A DNA stretch of 58,706 nt, the filler included, from Hemiscyllium ocellatum (taxonomy: Eukaryota): the NCBI RefSeq assembly GCF_020745735.1. It is 4 parts of 4 records of this genome, joined end to end, with 100 filler letters (N's around TTAATTAATTAA, not from the genome) between each part and the next. Parts side by side here need not be neighbours in the genome. Positions count along the whole stretch, not along the records: positions 1 to 19,312 come from NC_083409.1; 3 more parts are not named here. The stretch is one strand, 5' to 3'. Each line of letters begins with the position of its first letter. Positions within the stretch are counted from its first letter, which is position 1. Shown here one piece after another: positions 1 to 11,033 of this stretch. The translations under genes and the position numbers were made by a program. The notes beneath the pieces were generated by a model, which did not search any database, was not told the DNA's origin, and saw nothing but the letters and a program-made list of their open reading frames with translations.

Positions 1-39
1 CCTGTTCTGGCCTTCATAGAATCACAGAATCGAGGAATT

Positions 40-165
40 CCTACAGAGTGGAAGCAGGCCACACAGTCCAGCAAGCTCATACAGACCCTTTGAAGGTCAC
101 CCCACCCCGACCCACACCTACCCGACCTATCCCTGTAATCCTGCATTTTCCATGGCATTTTCCAT
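40..165 (-). mobile_element. HE1-type SINE 3' fragment
   Basis: 'ctacagagtggaagcaggcc...ccctgtaatcctgcattttccatggc' resembles the reverse complement of the HE1 tail seen in the fuller copies at 5236-5858. Confidence 0.55.
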
Positions 166-872
166 TTGCTATCCTGCACATCTCTGGTGACCCTAGATCC
201 CCTGTCCATGTCCCATTATGTATTGTCCCTCAAAGCAGCCTCTAACTGTGCACCATTCTAGCCATGACCTAACCATTCTTCAGGACAGCTGCCATGGTCA
301 CTCTCCCCTCCATCTCCTTACTCTCAATATTCAATCCAAAATCACATTGACCTTTATTTCTGATATTGTTTCCAATTTAAAGGAGATCTGTCACTCCACA
401 TCCTTTCTTGCGCGCTGCAGTGTTGTCTATAATATAAACAGCCCTTCAAGCTTTATCATTCTCAGAGGAGTTACAACCGAGAAAACCTCTTCCAGCTCTC
501 AGTGGAGAAATTCAGTTATTCCCGTTTCCCTGCTCTATCCCAATAGCTTCCCTTTCTGTGTGACTGTGTTTCTGGTGTGTTCTACAATATCTGACACTTG
601 CCTGCCTAATGCTCTTACACCCACTGATACCTGTTGAGGTCTCCCAGATAAATTGCTGCTCTTTGCAGTTTGGTGACCCGCTTTGATAGCCGTGTGTTCG
701 GTCTTTGAGTGTAATTCATTTTGTGTCTGATCCCAGTGTCAATCCAAAGGACACTCCACCTTTCAGTCTGACAAACCAGGGTCACCCATGTCATGGCTCT
801 ATTTCTCACCTAGGCTCCAGTTTTTCAAAGAGATGAATTCAAGCCTCACCAGTTTGATCATTTGAAGTGTAT

Positions 873-1165
873 CTCATTTATTTTGATTTCTCCTGGGATG
901 GGCGGGCACAAAAATGGCTGCTATTTGTTGCACTTCCCTAATTGTCCTGGAGAGGGCGGTGGTGAGCCATGTAATATCTGGGAAGGAAGGCGCTGGGATC
1001 TGAACAAAAAAACCATAAAACTCAATGTCATGTTCATGAATGTAGTTTGGACAAGGGAACCCAGTCATCACCCGGTCTGTGACTCCAGTCCCACACAGTG
1101 ACGCGATTCATTCTTAACGGCCCCATGATCTGGCTCAGAACTCAGTCCAAGCAACTAGAGATGGG
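873..1165. mobile_element. Fragments of a shark tRNA-headed SINE family (tail 'gggatgggcaataaat')
   Basis: Contains 'tgtgactccagtcccaca' and 'agatgggcaataaat', motifs repeated at 12495, 19740, 23869, 36283, 42190 and 53815. Confidence 0.6.
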
Positions 1166-1224
1166 CAATAAATTTGAGGTTTAATTTACAATAGTTTATA
1201 AAATAGTTCATTCTAAAATTATTT

Positions 1225-1560
1225 AAAATATTTAAATCTGAGTGCACAAGGCATGGTTTCAAAATTTGCTGATGGTATGAAACTTGGATCTACTGCGACT
1301 CATGAAAAAGATAGTGTCGAACTTCAAAAAGGGTATAGGTAATGGAATGAACAAATGGTCGCAGATAGAATTTAATAGAAAGAGATGTCACTGATTCATT
1401 TTGGAAGGAAAAGGTGGAGAGACAAAACAAACTAAAGGGTACAAGTATGGATGGGTGTAGGGGCAGTAGGACCTGGATGTTTCTGTGCATCAGTCATTGA
1501 AGGTGGCAGGATAGGCAGCTGTTCTCATGGGAGAGCAGCTGATTAAAGCAGATGTCATAT
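1225..1560 (+). mobile_element. Decayed CR1-type LINE RT fragment
   Basis: 'tcaaaatttgctgatggtatgaaacttgg' (KFADGMKLG, YADD region) followed by the typical 'aatggtcgcagatagaatttaat...cattttgga'. Confidence 0.7.
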
Positions 1561-1959
1561 CAACAAGAGCATAGAATACAGCATGGCTGTGAAAAGAATG
1601 CTTCCTTTTCAGGGAGAATATAAAACTAAAATAAGTTCCCTCATTTAAGACCTAGATGAGCAGGGTTTTGATTTCTTGCAAAGGTCATAGGTCTTTGGAA
1701 TTGAAATTGAAACCTCTGAATGCTTGTAGTGAAGAAGTAGACAGTCATTGCTGATCAAAAATCTGTCAGAGTAAGGTAAGAAGGTGAATAATCAGGTCAG
1801 CCATGGGGAGCAGGCTGAAGAGGATGAATCTCCTTCATTTGTCCCTAATTCGTATGACCGTGCGTCCAGTTCCACCGTTGAAAGAACAGCGCCTTGAAAG
1901 CTTGTGGTTTTCAATAAAGCAGCTGAAGTGGCTGCTGGTTTGTGTGGGCGCGAATGGAA

Positions 1960-2022
1960 GGGGACTTTACCCATAATCCTCAGCAGCAGTGCAAGCGCTC
2001 TCTCGCCACTAGAGGGCAGCTG
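1960..2022 (+). promoter_or_regulatory. Candidate regulatory module: kappaB-like site, CTCF motif and E-box
   Basis: GGGGACTTTACC at 1960-1971 (Ig kappa kB site is GGGGACTTTCC); GCCACTAGAGGGCAGC at 2005-2020 matches the CTCF core; CAGCTG at 2017-2022 (another at 1920-1925). Motif match only. Confidence 0.55.
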
Positions 2023-4000
2023 CTTCACTGTCCCTGATCAGTAAAACAAAAACTGGGGCCCTGCTTGGAGCAAACAGGCTCAATCTGGAGAGACCCATAG
2101 AGAGAGTCTACAGCTTCAGAAGCAGGGTACTTATCACACTACAATGAAAATGTCCCCTGCGATAAGAAAAGTACTTCGGTGTGACTTTTGTTTGTTCATT
2201 CTGTGATACACGTAGATGATGTCTGTACTGAGTGGCACAAAGTATATTTCCTCCTCAACCCCTTTCCAAACACCCTCTCCATCTTGCTTTACTCTCTATT
2301 GACTCTTCTACAATTGTCCCTGTTCCCTCACTCCATCCCGGTCCCAGAGGGATTGATGGCCGGAGTTCATGACCCCGCACTGTGTGAAGGTTGGTGTGAA
2401 GTGAGGCCAGTGTGTTGGAGCTTGGGCTCCTGCCTCAGGCCCAGGTGTAGGGGCCTGTTCAACAATCTGCACATTGTCCTTTTTCTCTTTCTGACTGTAC
2501 TGGAGTTTTCAAGCTGCAGTAACTTGCTGGCAACAAGGTGTCTTGTCTAAAATGCTCCCAGCACTGGACAGATTTCTGCTGTTGATTTTTTTCTCTCTCT
2601 CAGGGGCCTGCTCTGTATTCAGTGCCTGTTATCATTAGTTTGTTGAAGTTCATATGTCAGCTGCTGCTTCCTTAGTATAGTCCAGAAAAAAAGTCATCAA
2701 TGCCTCTTGAGATTTAAATATTCCTTCTTCATGAAAGTGGTTGGCAGACTTTTTAAACATCATTTAACAAACTAATGATGTGAATGCATCAGTGTTGTTT
2801 ATGGCTGGGAGCATTTAACATCATGATCCTAGTTTTTAATGGATCCTCACTCATGGTAATATAGTTTGCAATGTTTCCCTCTCCTTCCATGTTTTAAGAG
2901 GCTTGCAAATGTGTTATGATGAGAACACCGTGTGATGGAGTGGGTGGTTGTTTGAATTCTCATCTCATTATCGTCCAGCTTTCAATGAAAATGATGTAGT
3001 TTTTGTAATGAGATTGCACTCAATTTTTACACATATTGTGTTTGGAATTTATTTTTGGAATGCCAATCTTCATAAAAAGTCCTGTTCAGTTTTGTTGCTC
3101 AGTAGTTGTGTTTGTTCCCTGAGATACTGAGCGTTTACACAACACTCCATTTGTCTGTGACCCAGTTGTTGGCTGAAGCCTCTGGTTGTTCAGTGAGTCC
3201 AAGCCATTTCTTGCTCTCTGCAGTTATATCATCAACTTGGTTTCTCAGTATGAGCCAGGAGATCACTGCGTGGTGACTTCCTGTTCCACCATCAGTGTAA
3301 AGGCAAGTGGGAACTGTCGTGATCAATCCCATCATGAACATCAGAACATTATATTCAGCTGGAATTACATCCACTAACTAATTTCTTTGGCCTCAATTAC
3401 AGTATAAACAAATGTCTTCCTTTGCCAGCACAACAAGAACATGTCTGTCAGATCCCTCGTGTGTGAAGGATTAGCCCAATAGGAGCAGCACTGGTAGACC
3501 ATACTGCATCAGTCTGGACAGAAACCTGGGCAATCTCCAAATGAAAGGATGACCTTCAGTAGATCTGCTGCCACACAAAATATGGAATTGGAATCATTGT
3601 TACCAATCACCTCATCAAACCTAAATACAATTGAGAAAATATAAACCAAACCAATTTCCCAACGACATATGTCACAACAAGAAAGTGGGGAGCAGACAGA
3701 TACTGTTTGCCTGTCTCTGGGGAGTGTCATGCTTTCTGTCCTCTCTCTGTGTTGTCCCATTTTTACCATCCTTTCTCTCTGAGAACATTACTGTTCCTGC
3801 CCCCACTCTCTTGGGGACAGGGTGGGGGTGTCACGCCCACCCAGTTTGTTAGTTCCATTTACTTTCGCAATATGGGGAATCCCTGCTTCACTATGTGTGT
3901 GAGCCAGGTATGGAAGCCCTGTAGAGCTAACCCTTCATCTCAATCAGATTACAGGGTCTGAGGTTGGTCTGTACTGTCTCTACCCAGAACAATAACAATA

Positions 4001-4289
4001 GTGGGTGGCATGGTGGCACAGTGGTTAGCACTGGGGCCTCACAGCGCCTGAGACCTGGTTCAATTCCCGACTCAGGCGACTGACTGTGTGGAGTTTGCAC
4101 ATTCTCCCCGTGTCTGCATCGGTTTCCTCTGGGTGCTCTGGTTTCCTCCCACAGACCATGCTAAATTGCCCATAGTGTTAGGTAAAAGGGGTAAATGTAG
4201 GGAATGGGTGGGTTGCGCTTTGCGGGTCGGTGTGGACTTGTTGGTCCGAACGGCCTGTTTCCACACTGTAAGTAATCTAATCTAATCTC
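4001..4289 (+). mobile_element. HE1 SINE, near full length
   Basis: tRNA-like head 'tggcacagtggttagcac...ggttcaattccc' (A/B boxes), central 'gtgtggagtttgcacattctccccgtgtctgc', LINE-like tail ending in (taatc)n. Confidence 0.9.
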
Positions 4290-4689
4290 AAACACTGATT
4301 GACTCACAATGAGACTGCTATTGACCTTCACCCACAAAGCCCACTGAGGATGTGGTCATTAATCCCAGTGTTGTCATAGATTAAGCTCTCCCAGAGATTC
4401 ATGATTAATTCTGGACTTGACACAAGTGTAGAATGTTGTTAGGTAATAGATGGGAAGGCATGGAGAGAAAATATAAAATGAGAGAGAATTATATTTCTGT
4501 TATACCGTCCTTGAACATTAGATGTTTGAAAATGTTTTGCAGCCAATGGAATACTTCTGATATTGTTGTAACGTGGGAACTGTGACAGCCTGGGCAAGGC
4601 AGATCATTTGGCAGCACCACCCAGAGACTGGAGGCTGTTACTGCAGGCAGGCTCCAACCAGCTCTGCTGTGAGGGAAGGACACAGGAGC

Positions 4690-5050
4690 ACACAAGGACA
4701 TGGGAAATAGGAGCAGGAGGGAGACTCCAATGGCTGTCCATCCTTTCTTAAATACAGGGACCAAAATTGCACACAATAATCCAAATGCAGGCTCACTAAC
4801 ACACTGTACAGTTTTAACAAGACTTCTCTACTTTTAAATTCCAACCCCCAGCAATGAAGGTGAAAATTCCATTTGCCTTCTCAATTCCTTGCTGTACCTG
4901 CACTAACTTTCAGTGTCCCATGCACAAGAACACCCAGATCACTCTGTACTGTACTTTGTTGGAATCTCTCACAATTTAAATAATAGTCAGCCTTTAGATT
5001 ATTCTGACCAAAGTGCATGGTATCACATTTTCTGTTATTAAATTCGGTCC
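4690..5050 (-). mobile_element. Decayed CR1 LINE RT 3' fragment
   Basis: Minus ORF includes 'EVLLKLYSVLVSLHLDYCVQFWSLYLRKD', the conserved CR1 RT C-terminal motif. Confidence 0.8.
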
Positions 5051-5235
5051 ACGGTGTCTGAATGTTTCATTTCCAATTTGGTTTTCTCTTTGTGAATGAC
5101 CACCTCAATGCATCTATCTGTTGCATGTCCCATTTGTTTATTGCCCTGATACTTGATTGTTCAGCCCTTTCCTGCTGTTTACATTCAATGTAGACAGGGA
5201 GGAGTCTGGAGGAACACAGCAAGCCAGGCAGCGGA

Positions 5236-5555
5236 GTAGATTAGATTAGATTCCCGACAGTATGGAAACAGGCCCTTCAGCCCAACCAGTCCACACTGAC
5301 CCCAAACAGTAACCCACACAGACCCATTTCCCCTCTGGCTAATGCACCTAACACGATGAGCAATTTATCATGGCCAATTCACCTGATCTGCACATCTTTG
5401 GACGGTGGGAGGAAACCAGAGCACCTGGAGAAAACCCATGCAGACACAGGGAGAATGTGCAAAATCCACACAGCCAGTCGTCTAAGGCTGGAATCAAACC
5501 TGGGACCCTGGTGCTGTGAGGCAGCAGTGCTAACCACAGATCCACCATGCTGCCC
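5236..5555 (-). mobile_element. HE1 SINE (first of a head-to-tail pair)
   Basis: Reverse complement of the HE1 head ('gcagcagtgctaaccac') and the (gatta)n tail at 5236-5252. Confidence 0.9.
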
Positions 5556-5557
5556 CC

Positions 5558-5858
5558 TTCTCTACAGTGTGGAAACAGGCCCTTCAGCCCAACAAGTCTC
5601 CACCGCCTCTCCGAAGAGCCACCCACCCAAACCCATTCCTCTACCACATATTTACCCCTGACTAACACATCTAACACTGTGGGCAGTTTAGCACAGCCAA
5701 TTCACCTGACATGCACATTTTTGGATTATGGGAGGAAACTGGAGCACCCGGAGGAAACCCATGCAGATACGGGGCGAATGTGCAAACTCCTCGGAATTGA
5801 ACCCAGGTGTCTGGTGCTGTGAGGCAGCAGTGATAACCACTGAGCCACCGTGCCACCC
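5558..5858 (-). mobile_element. HE1 SINE (second of the pair)
   Basis: Same motifs as the adjacent copy: 'tgtggaaacaggcccttcagccc', 'ggaggaaactggagcacccggaggaaaccc', 'gataaccactgagccaccgtgcc'. Confidence 0.9.
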
Positions 5859-5859
5859 T

Positions 5860-8580
5860 AGTTGACATTTCGGTGTGTAACTCTTTTTCAGGAATGGGTG
5901 TGAGGGGGTGGGTGTAGGGAGAGCTAAGATAAAGGGGGTGGCAGGGACGGGATGATGAAGTGGGGATTGGTGATGACAGGTAGAGGTTATGACCTGGTTG
6001 GTCAATGGGAAGAATGAATGCGGTAGCTGGCAGGAAGGAGTGGAAGGGAGGGAGAGAGATTTGGAAGGGAGACAGGGGAGTGGGAAGGGTGGTTATATGA
6101 AATTGAAGAACTCAATGTTGAGTCCTCTGGGCTGTCGGCCGCCCAGGCGTAATATGGGGTGTTGTTCCTTCAGTTTGCAGTTTGGTTTGTTGTGCCAATG
6201 GAGGAGGCCAAGGATGGTCATTTCAGAAAGGGAGTGGGAAGGGGAATTAAAATAGAGAGTGACTGGGAGGTCAAGTTAGCCGCTCCAGGCCCAGCTAAGA
6301 TGCTCGGTGAACCATTCCCTAAGTTTATGTTTGGTCTTCCCGATGTAGAGAAGACCACATCGGGAGCAGCTGATGCAGTGAATTAGGTTGGAGGAGAGGC
6401 AGGTGAACCTCTGTCTCACCTGGCAGGACTGTTTGGGGCCCTGGATGGAGGTGCTGGGGTTGGTGTACCAGCAGGCTTTGCATCGTTTTGAGTAGCAGGG
6501 AAGGTACGTGGGGTTCGGGAGGGTAGGTGGGAGAGTGACGCAAACCAAGAATTGTCAAAGAGAATGGTCCTTATGGAAGGCATTCAGTGGTGGGGAGAGG
6601 AAGATGTCTTTGGTGGTGTGGTCTAGTTGGAGTTAGCAGAAGTGTTTAAGGATGATGTTTTGGATACGGAGATAGGTGAGGACAACGAAGACTCTGTTTT
6701 AATTGTGTTTGGAGGAGGCTGGATTTAGAGCAGTGGAGTGGGAAAGGTAGGGGGTGCATTGGATGACAGAAGGAGGAAAAGCACGTTGTTCATAATAGGT
6801 GGACATCTATGATCAGTGGAAGGTCTCCTCATCTGAGCAGATGGGGCGGAGGCAGAGGAATTGGAAGAATGGGATGGAGTTCTTGCAGGATACTGAATGG
6901 GAGGAGGTGTGGTCCAGTTAGATATGGGAATCTGTGGCTTTGTAGTAAATGTCTGTCTGAAGATTGTCACCAGAATTGGAAATGTAGAGGTCAAGAAAGG
7001 GGAGGGAGGTGTCTGAGATGGACCAAGGGAATTTGAAGATGGTGTGGAAATTGTGGGTGAAGTCAATGAACTGTTCCAGTTCAGCCTGGGTGCAGGATGC
7101 TGCACCGATGCAGTCATTGATTTAATGACAGAAGAGTTGGGGAACAGAGCCTGTGTAGATACTGAAGAGGGACTGTACAACATAGTCGATAAAGAGGCAG
7201 AAGTAGCTGGTACCCATTTGGGTGCCCATGGCCACCCCCTGGATTTGGAGGAAATGGGAGGAGTTAAAGTAAAAGTTATTGAAGGTGAGGACCAGTTTGG
7301 CGAGACAGAGGAGGGTATTGGAGGAGGGGGACTGTATGGGTCTGTTGGAAAGGTAGAAGTGGAGGGCCTGGAGGCCATGCTTATTGGGTATGGACATATA
7401 TAAAGACTGCACGTCCATAGTGGAGATAAAGCACTCAGGGCAGGGCAACTGAAGAGATGGAGGGCATGGTTGGTGTAGCATATGTAGGTGGGAAGTGCCT
7501 GAACTAAGGAGGAGAAAATGGAGTCGAGGTAGGATGAGAGGAGTTTCAGTGGGTCAGGAGCATGCTGAAATGAGGGGTTAGCCAGGTAGTTGAGCTTGTG
7601 GATCTTGGGGAGCAGATAAAACTGGGCATTGTGGGGCTGGGGGACTATGAGATTGGAGACAGTGGAGGGGAGATCACTGGAGGCAATGGGGGCACTGACA
7701 GTGCGAGTGATTTTGGTCTGATGGGTCACAGTGGGGTCATGGGCAAGGGGGAGTTAGGACATGGTGTCTGAGAGTTGGCGTACAGCCTCTGTGACATGGC
7801 TACAACCGTTCTCCAGATTACCACCCCTCTGCCTTTGTCAGCGGGTTTGATGGTGAACCAGGGATTGGTGGGAGAGAGTGGAGCACTGCATGTTCGGAGG
7901 GAGTGTGCTTGGAGAGTGTGAGGGGGTTGGAGAAATTAAGGCGGCTGATGACACATCAACAGTCAGCAATGAAGAGGTCTAAGGTGGGGACACGGCTGGT
8001 GGGGGGGGGGGGTTTACCAAGCAGAGGAGGAATGTTGGAGACAGGAGTAGGGGTCCTCAGAGGGAGGTTGTGAGATTGTGTTAAACAAGAAGACACGGAG
8101 GTAGAGGTGGCAGAAGAGCTCCACATCCTGGAGGGTGTAGGATTTGTTGAGGTGGAGGCACAGGGGAATGAATGTGAGCCCTTCCATGAGGATGGACCTT
8201 TTGGCCTCAGAATGTTTGAGGTCGGGATGCAGAGTAAATATGTAACAAGGCACGGGGTGGAGTTTTTGGGGATAAAGAGTGATGGCATGTGGTGGGCGAG
8301 GGGTGGTTGTGATGTAGCACGGGGGAATGGGTGTGGGGGAGAAAGGAGATTGGGTCGGAGTTTTGTAGTGGAGTGAGGTGGGGGAGTGGGAAGGTGGGGA
8401 TGAAGTGAAGAGGGAGAAGTGGAGGGAGAGGGTGCACTGTGGGGGTGTATGGATGAGGAGGGAGAGCGAGTGTGCTGGCTGGCTGCAGGTAGGCAGTAGG
8501 ACTCAGGGGTAACCCTGGGAAATGTAGTTGCAGTCTTGGTTGCAGAGTGGGATGGGCAGAAGTGGAGGCAGAGGCTGGAG
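5860..8580 (-). mobile_element. Penelope-like element (RT plus GIY-YIG endonuclease), degenerate, about 2.7 kb
   Basis: Minus ORFs give RT motifs 'TMDVQSLYMSIP' and 'QIQGVAMGTQMG' (7122-7481), GIY-YIG 'CSRCGLLYIGKTKHKLREWFTEH' (6276-6548) and N-terminal 'LMEGLTFIP' (about 8200). Frameshifts and stops throughout. Confidence 0.9.
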
Positions 8581-8607
8581 TGAAGTCAAGGCTTTTCTGA
8601 GTGTTTG

Positions 8608-8888
8608 GACCCGGGTTTGATTCCAGCCTCAGGCAACTGTGTGTCTGCAGTTAGCACATTCTTCCCATGTCTGCATAGGTTTCCTCTGGGTACTCAGGTT
8701 TCCTCTGACAATCTGAAGACATGCAGGTTAGGTGAATTGGTCATGCTAAATTGCCCATAGTGATCAGGGAGGGGAAAAGTAGGATAATAGGATAGGGGAT
8801 TGGGTCCTGGGTTGGTCAATCTTCCAAGGATCAGTGTGGACTTGTTGGGCCAAATAACCTGTTTCCTCACAGTAGGGATTCTATGACA
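8608..8888 (+). mobile_element. HE1 SINE, 5' truncated
   Basis: B-box 'gggtttgattcc', 'catgctaaattgcccatagtg', tail 'tggacttgttgggccaaataacctgtttcc'. Confidence 0.85.
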
Positions 8889-10501
8889 GTCCATTCCAGA
8901 TTCCCACCACCCGTTGAGTGAAAAAGGTCCTCACCAAATCTCATTTGCGATGTTCATAATGAAGCCTTTCAAACCATTATTTTGTCTCGTGTCGTTTAGC
9001 TCTTGAGCTCCTTGTTCAATAAATGTTTTATTCCTTTTGATAAAATATGAGTTCTCTGACAGGGACAGTTAACTTTGTCCAATCAGGGAGCCCCGGCTGA
9101 CAGATAAAAAGGGGCATGTCACAAGGACTGATCCTCTGGGACCTGACAACAACCTGCCAACCAACCGAATAACAACCTGCCAACCAACCCCCTCCTTCTG
9201 TCACCCTCAATCTCCCCATGCTTACTCTTGTTTCACCTTCGATCCAGCTTGTGCTGCCTTTGGGAGCAGTTGACCTTCCCTCCATCACCCAGGAATGTGG
9301 TCATCATCCCAGAGCAGTCACACGTTTAACCTGAGGGTCATCACAGCTGGGGCAGGGGGAGAGAAGGTGGCACCTTCATGGTGGTCATACCTGTCATTAA
9401 TCCACCGCAACCTCTCTTGGGGCTGCAAGAATTCAACCTCCCTCCCTCAGACAGCTCCCCTCCTTGGAAGGTAATATTGCTGCACCTTGTTTTGGGTTAA
9501 TTAACCACTGAAATATGACTATGGGGAGCCAGCATTGGCTGGGCAGGCAGCCACGACTGCTCTGACCCTGGATTCAGAAAATCTCCTCGGAATTGAGCAA
9601 CACATTCGGGAGCACAGTGCCCACTGCCTCTGAAATCCCTCACTTACTGAGAATACACTCTCAGTATTCACCTTTCTCAGCTGCTATCTGAATTGACCAT
9701 AAATTCAGTGTCTAATGATCCTACCAGCTACCTGATGAAGGAGTAGTGCTCCAAATGTTTTACTTCAAAATAAACCCACTTGACTATGTGTGATTTGAAA
9801 CTTTGGCCATCTGAATGAGCTGCCATCTCAGACTGAATCAGCTGAACTGTTTTTCATTCATGATTTGAGAAGATCCAGCACAAAGCCCCTTCTCAATCCA
9901 TCGCTCGGAGACACATACCTCAGAGACACCTACAGGCTGCACTAAGTAACACACTCACACTGAGAGAGAGCAGCACTGAGTAACATGCTCACACTCCATG
10001 CTGCCTGCAGGAGTCTCCGAATGTGGGTATTGTTACTCAGTGCTGTCTGTGGGTGTCTCACTGAGTGACACACCCACACTCAGAGACCTACAGGCAACAT
10101 AAAGTTAAACACACGCTCAGAGAGACACATAAGGCCGACAATGTTGGTGAATGGCAGAAGATTGTTTCAGCAGCTTACCAACATGTAGCAGAGATTGCAC
10201 AGTACGATCCCATCAGCTGGGCCTGGACCAACAGAGTGAAGAGGGAATGCATGAGATTGTACTTATTGAGTCCTAACAGCTTTCAGTTTCTGTTCTTTTT
10301 GGAATCTTGTAACCTGCATAAATTCCTGACCAAAGGGATCATTTAAAAATGATTAATGATTGATGATTGTAATTGATTGACAGGCCAACCAGCCAATCTT
10401 GACAATGACCTGCTGAAATGCAGCCAATCAACTGAGGTGGAGTGGGGTGGGGAGGTCATCTATTTCCAAAACATACATCAGACAGAGACTGAATCTTCAT
10501 C

Positions 10502-10507
10502 TTTATT
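10502..10507 (-). terminator. Candidate polyadenylation signal of the kappa C transcript
   Basis: First AATAAA I found on the minus strand downstream of the stop at 11034, about 530 nt away. Motif only. Confidence 0.3.
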
Positions 10508-11033
10508 CCCTTTTCCAGATCGACATTGACAGAAAACAGTCAGCAATTAACAGCCCAGACAGAGGAAGCTGCTCAAATTCACAGCCACATTGGAGCTTGA
10601 GGAAAACACTTGTGGAGATTTTCTCAATAACATGAGAATCCTGTCCCTTTAAACAGTAACAAAACCTTAAATTGGAACTGGCGGCTGAGCAGGAAGGAGA
10701 TCTGGTTTACTGAAGCAGAGAATTCTGAGGTCCATATTGTTTTGTATAACTGACAGTCTTCAGCAACTTCAAATGATTTTACGTGGCATCACAAGTCAAC
10801 CATGTCCCCATCAAACACTCCCAGGACAAGGTACAGCATGACGTTTGATATCGCGTAAAGCTCTCTTGACACTGTCACAATGACCTGCTTTAACATCCAA
10901 ACCTCAGAAGGTTCTCAGAGCAATCCTGAGAAGGAAGAGAGTTGAAATTCAGTGCTGACAATCACCTTTGTCCTGCCAGCTCAGCCCTGTTCTATTTTAA
11001 GTTGTGTCTCCTCTGTGGACTGTCTCCAACACT

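Noticed and set aside
3070-3110. Minus-strand 'LLSNK' as a possible ADGRA2 exon 2
   Set aside because: The similarity ends after 5 residues and a stop follows; there is no LRR register or suitable splice site.
4001-4080. tRNA gene calls at the SINE heads
   Set aside because: A and B boxes are present, but the sequence continues into SINE bodies and no full cloverleaf is evident.
9612-9650. Perfect heptamers CACAGTG/CACTGTG here and near 12899, 16872, 20448 and 38500
   Set aside because: None has a nonamer at 12 or 23 nt, and none flanks a V, D or J coding segment.
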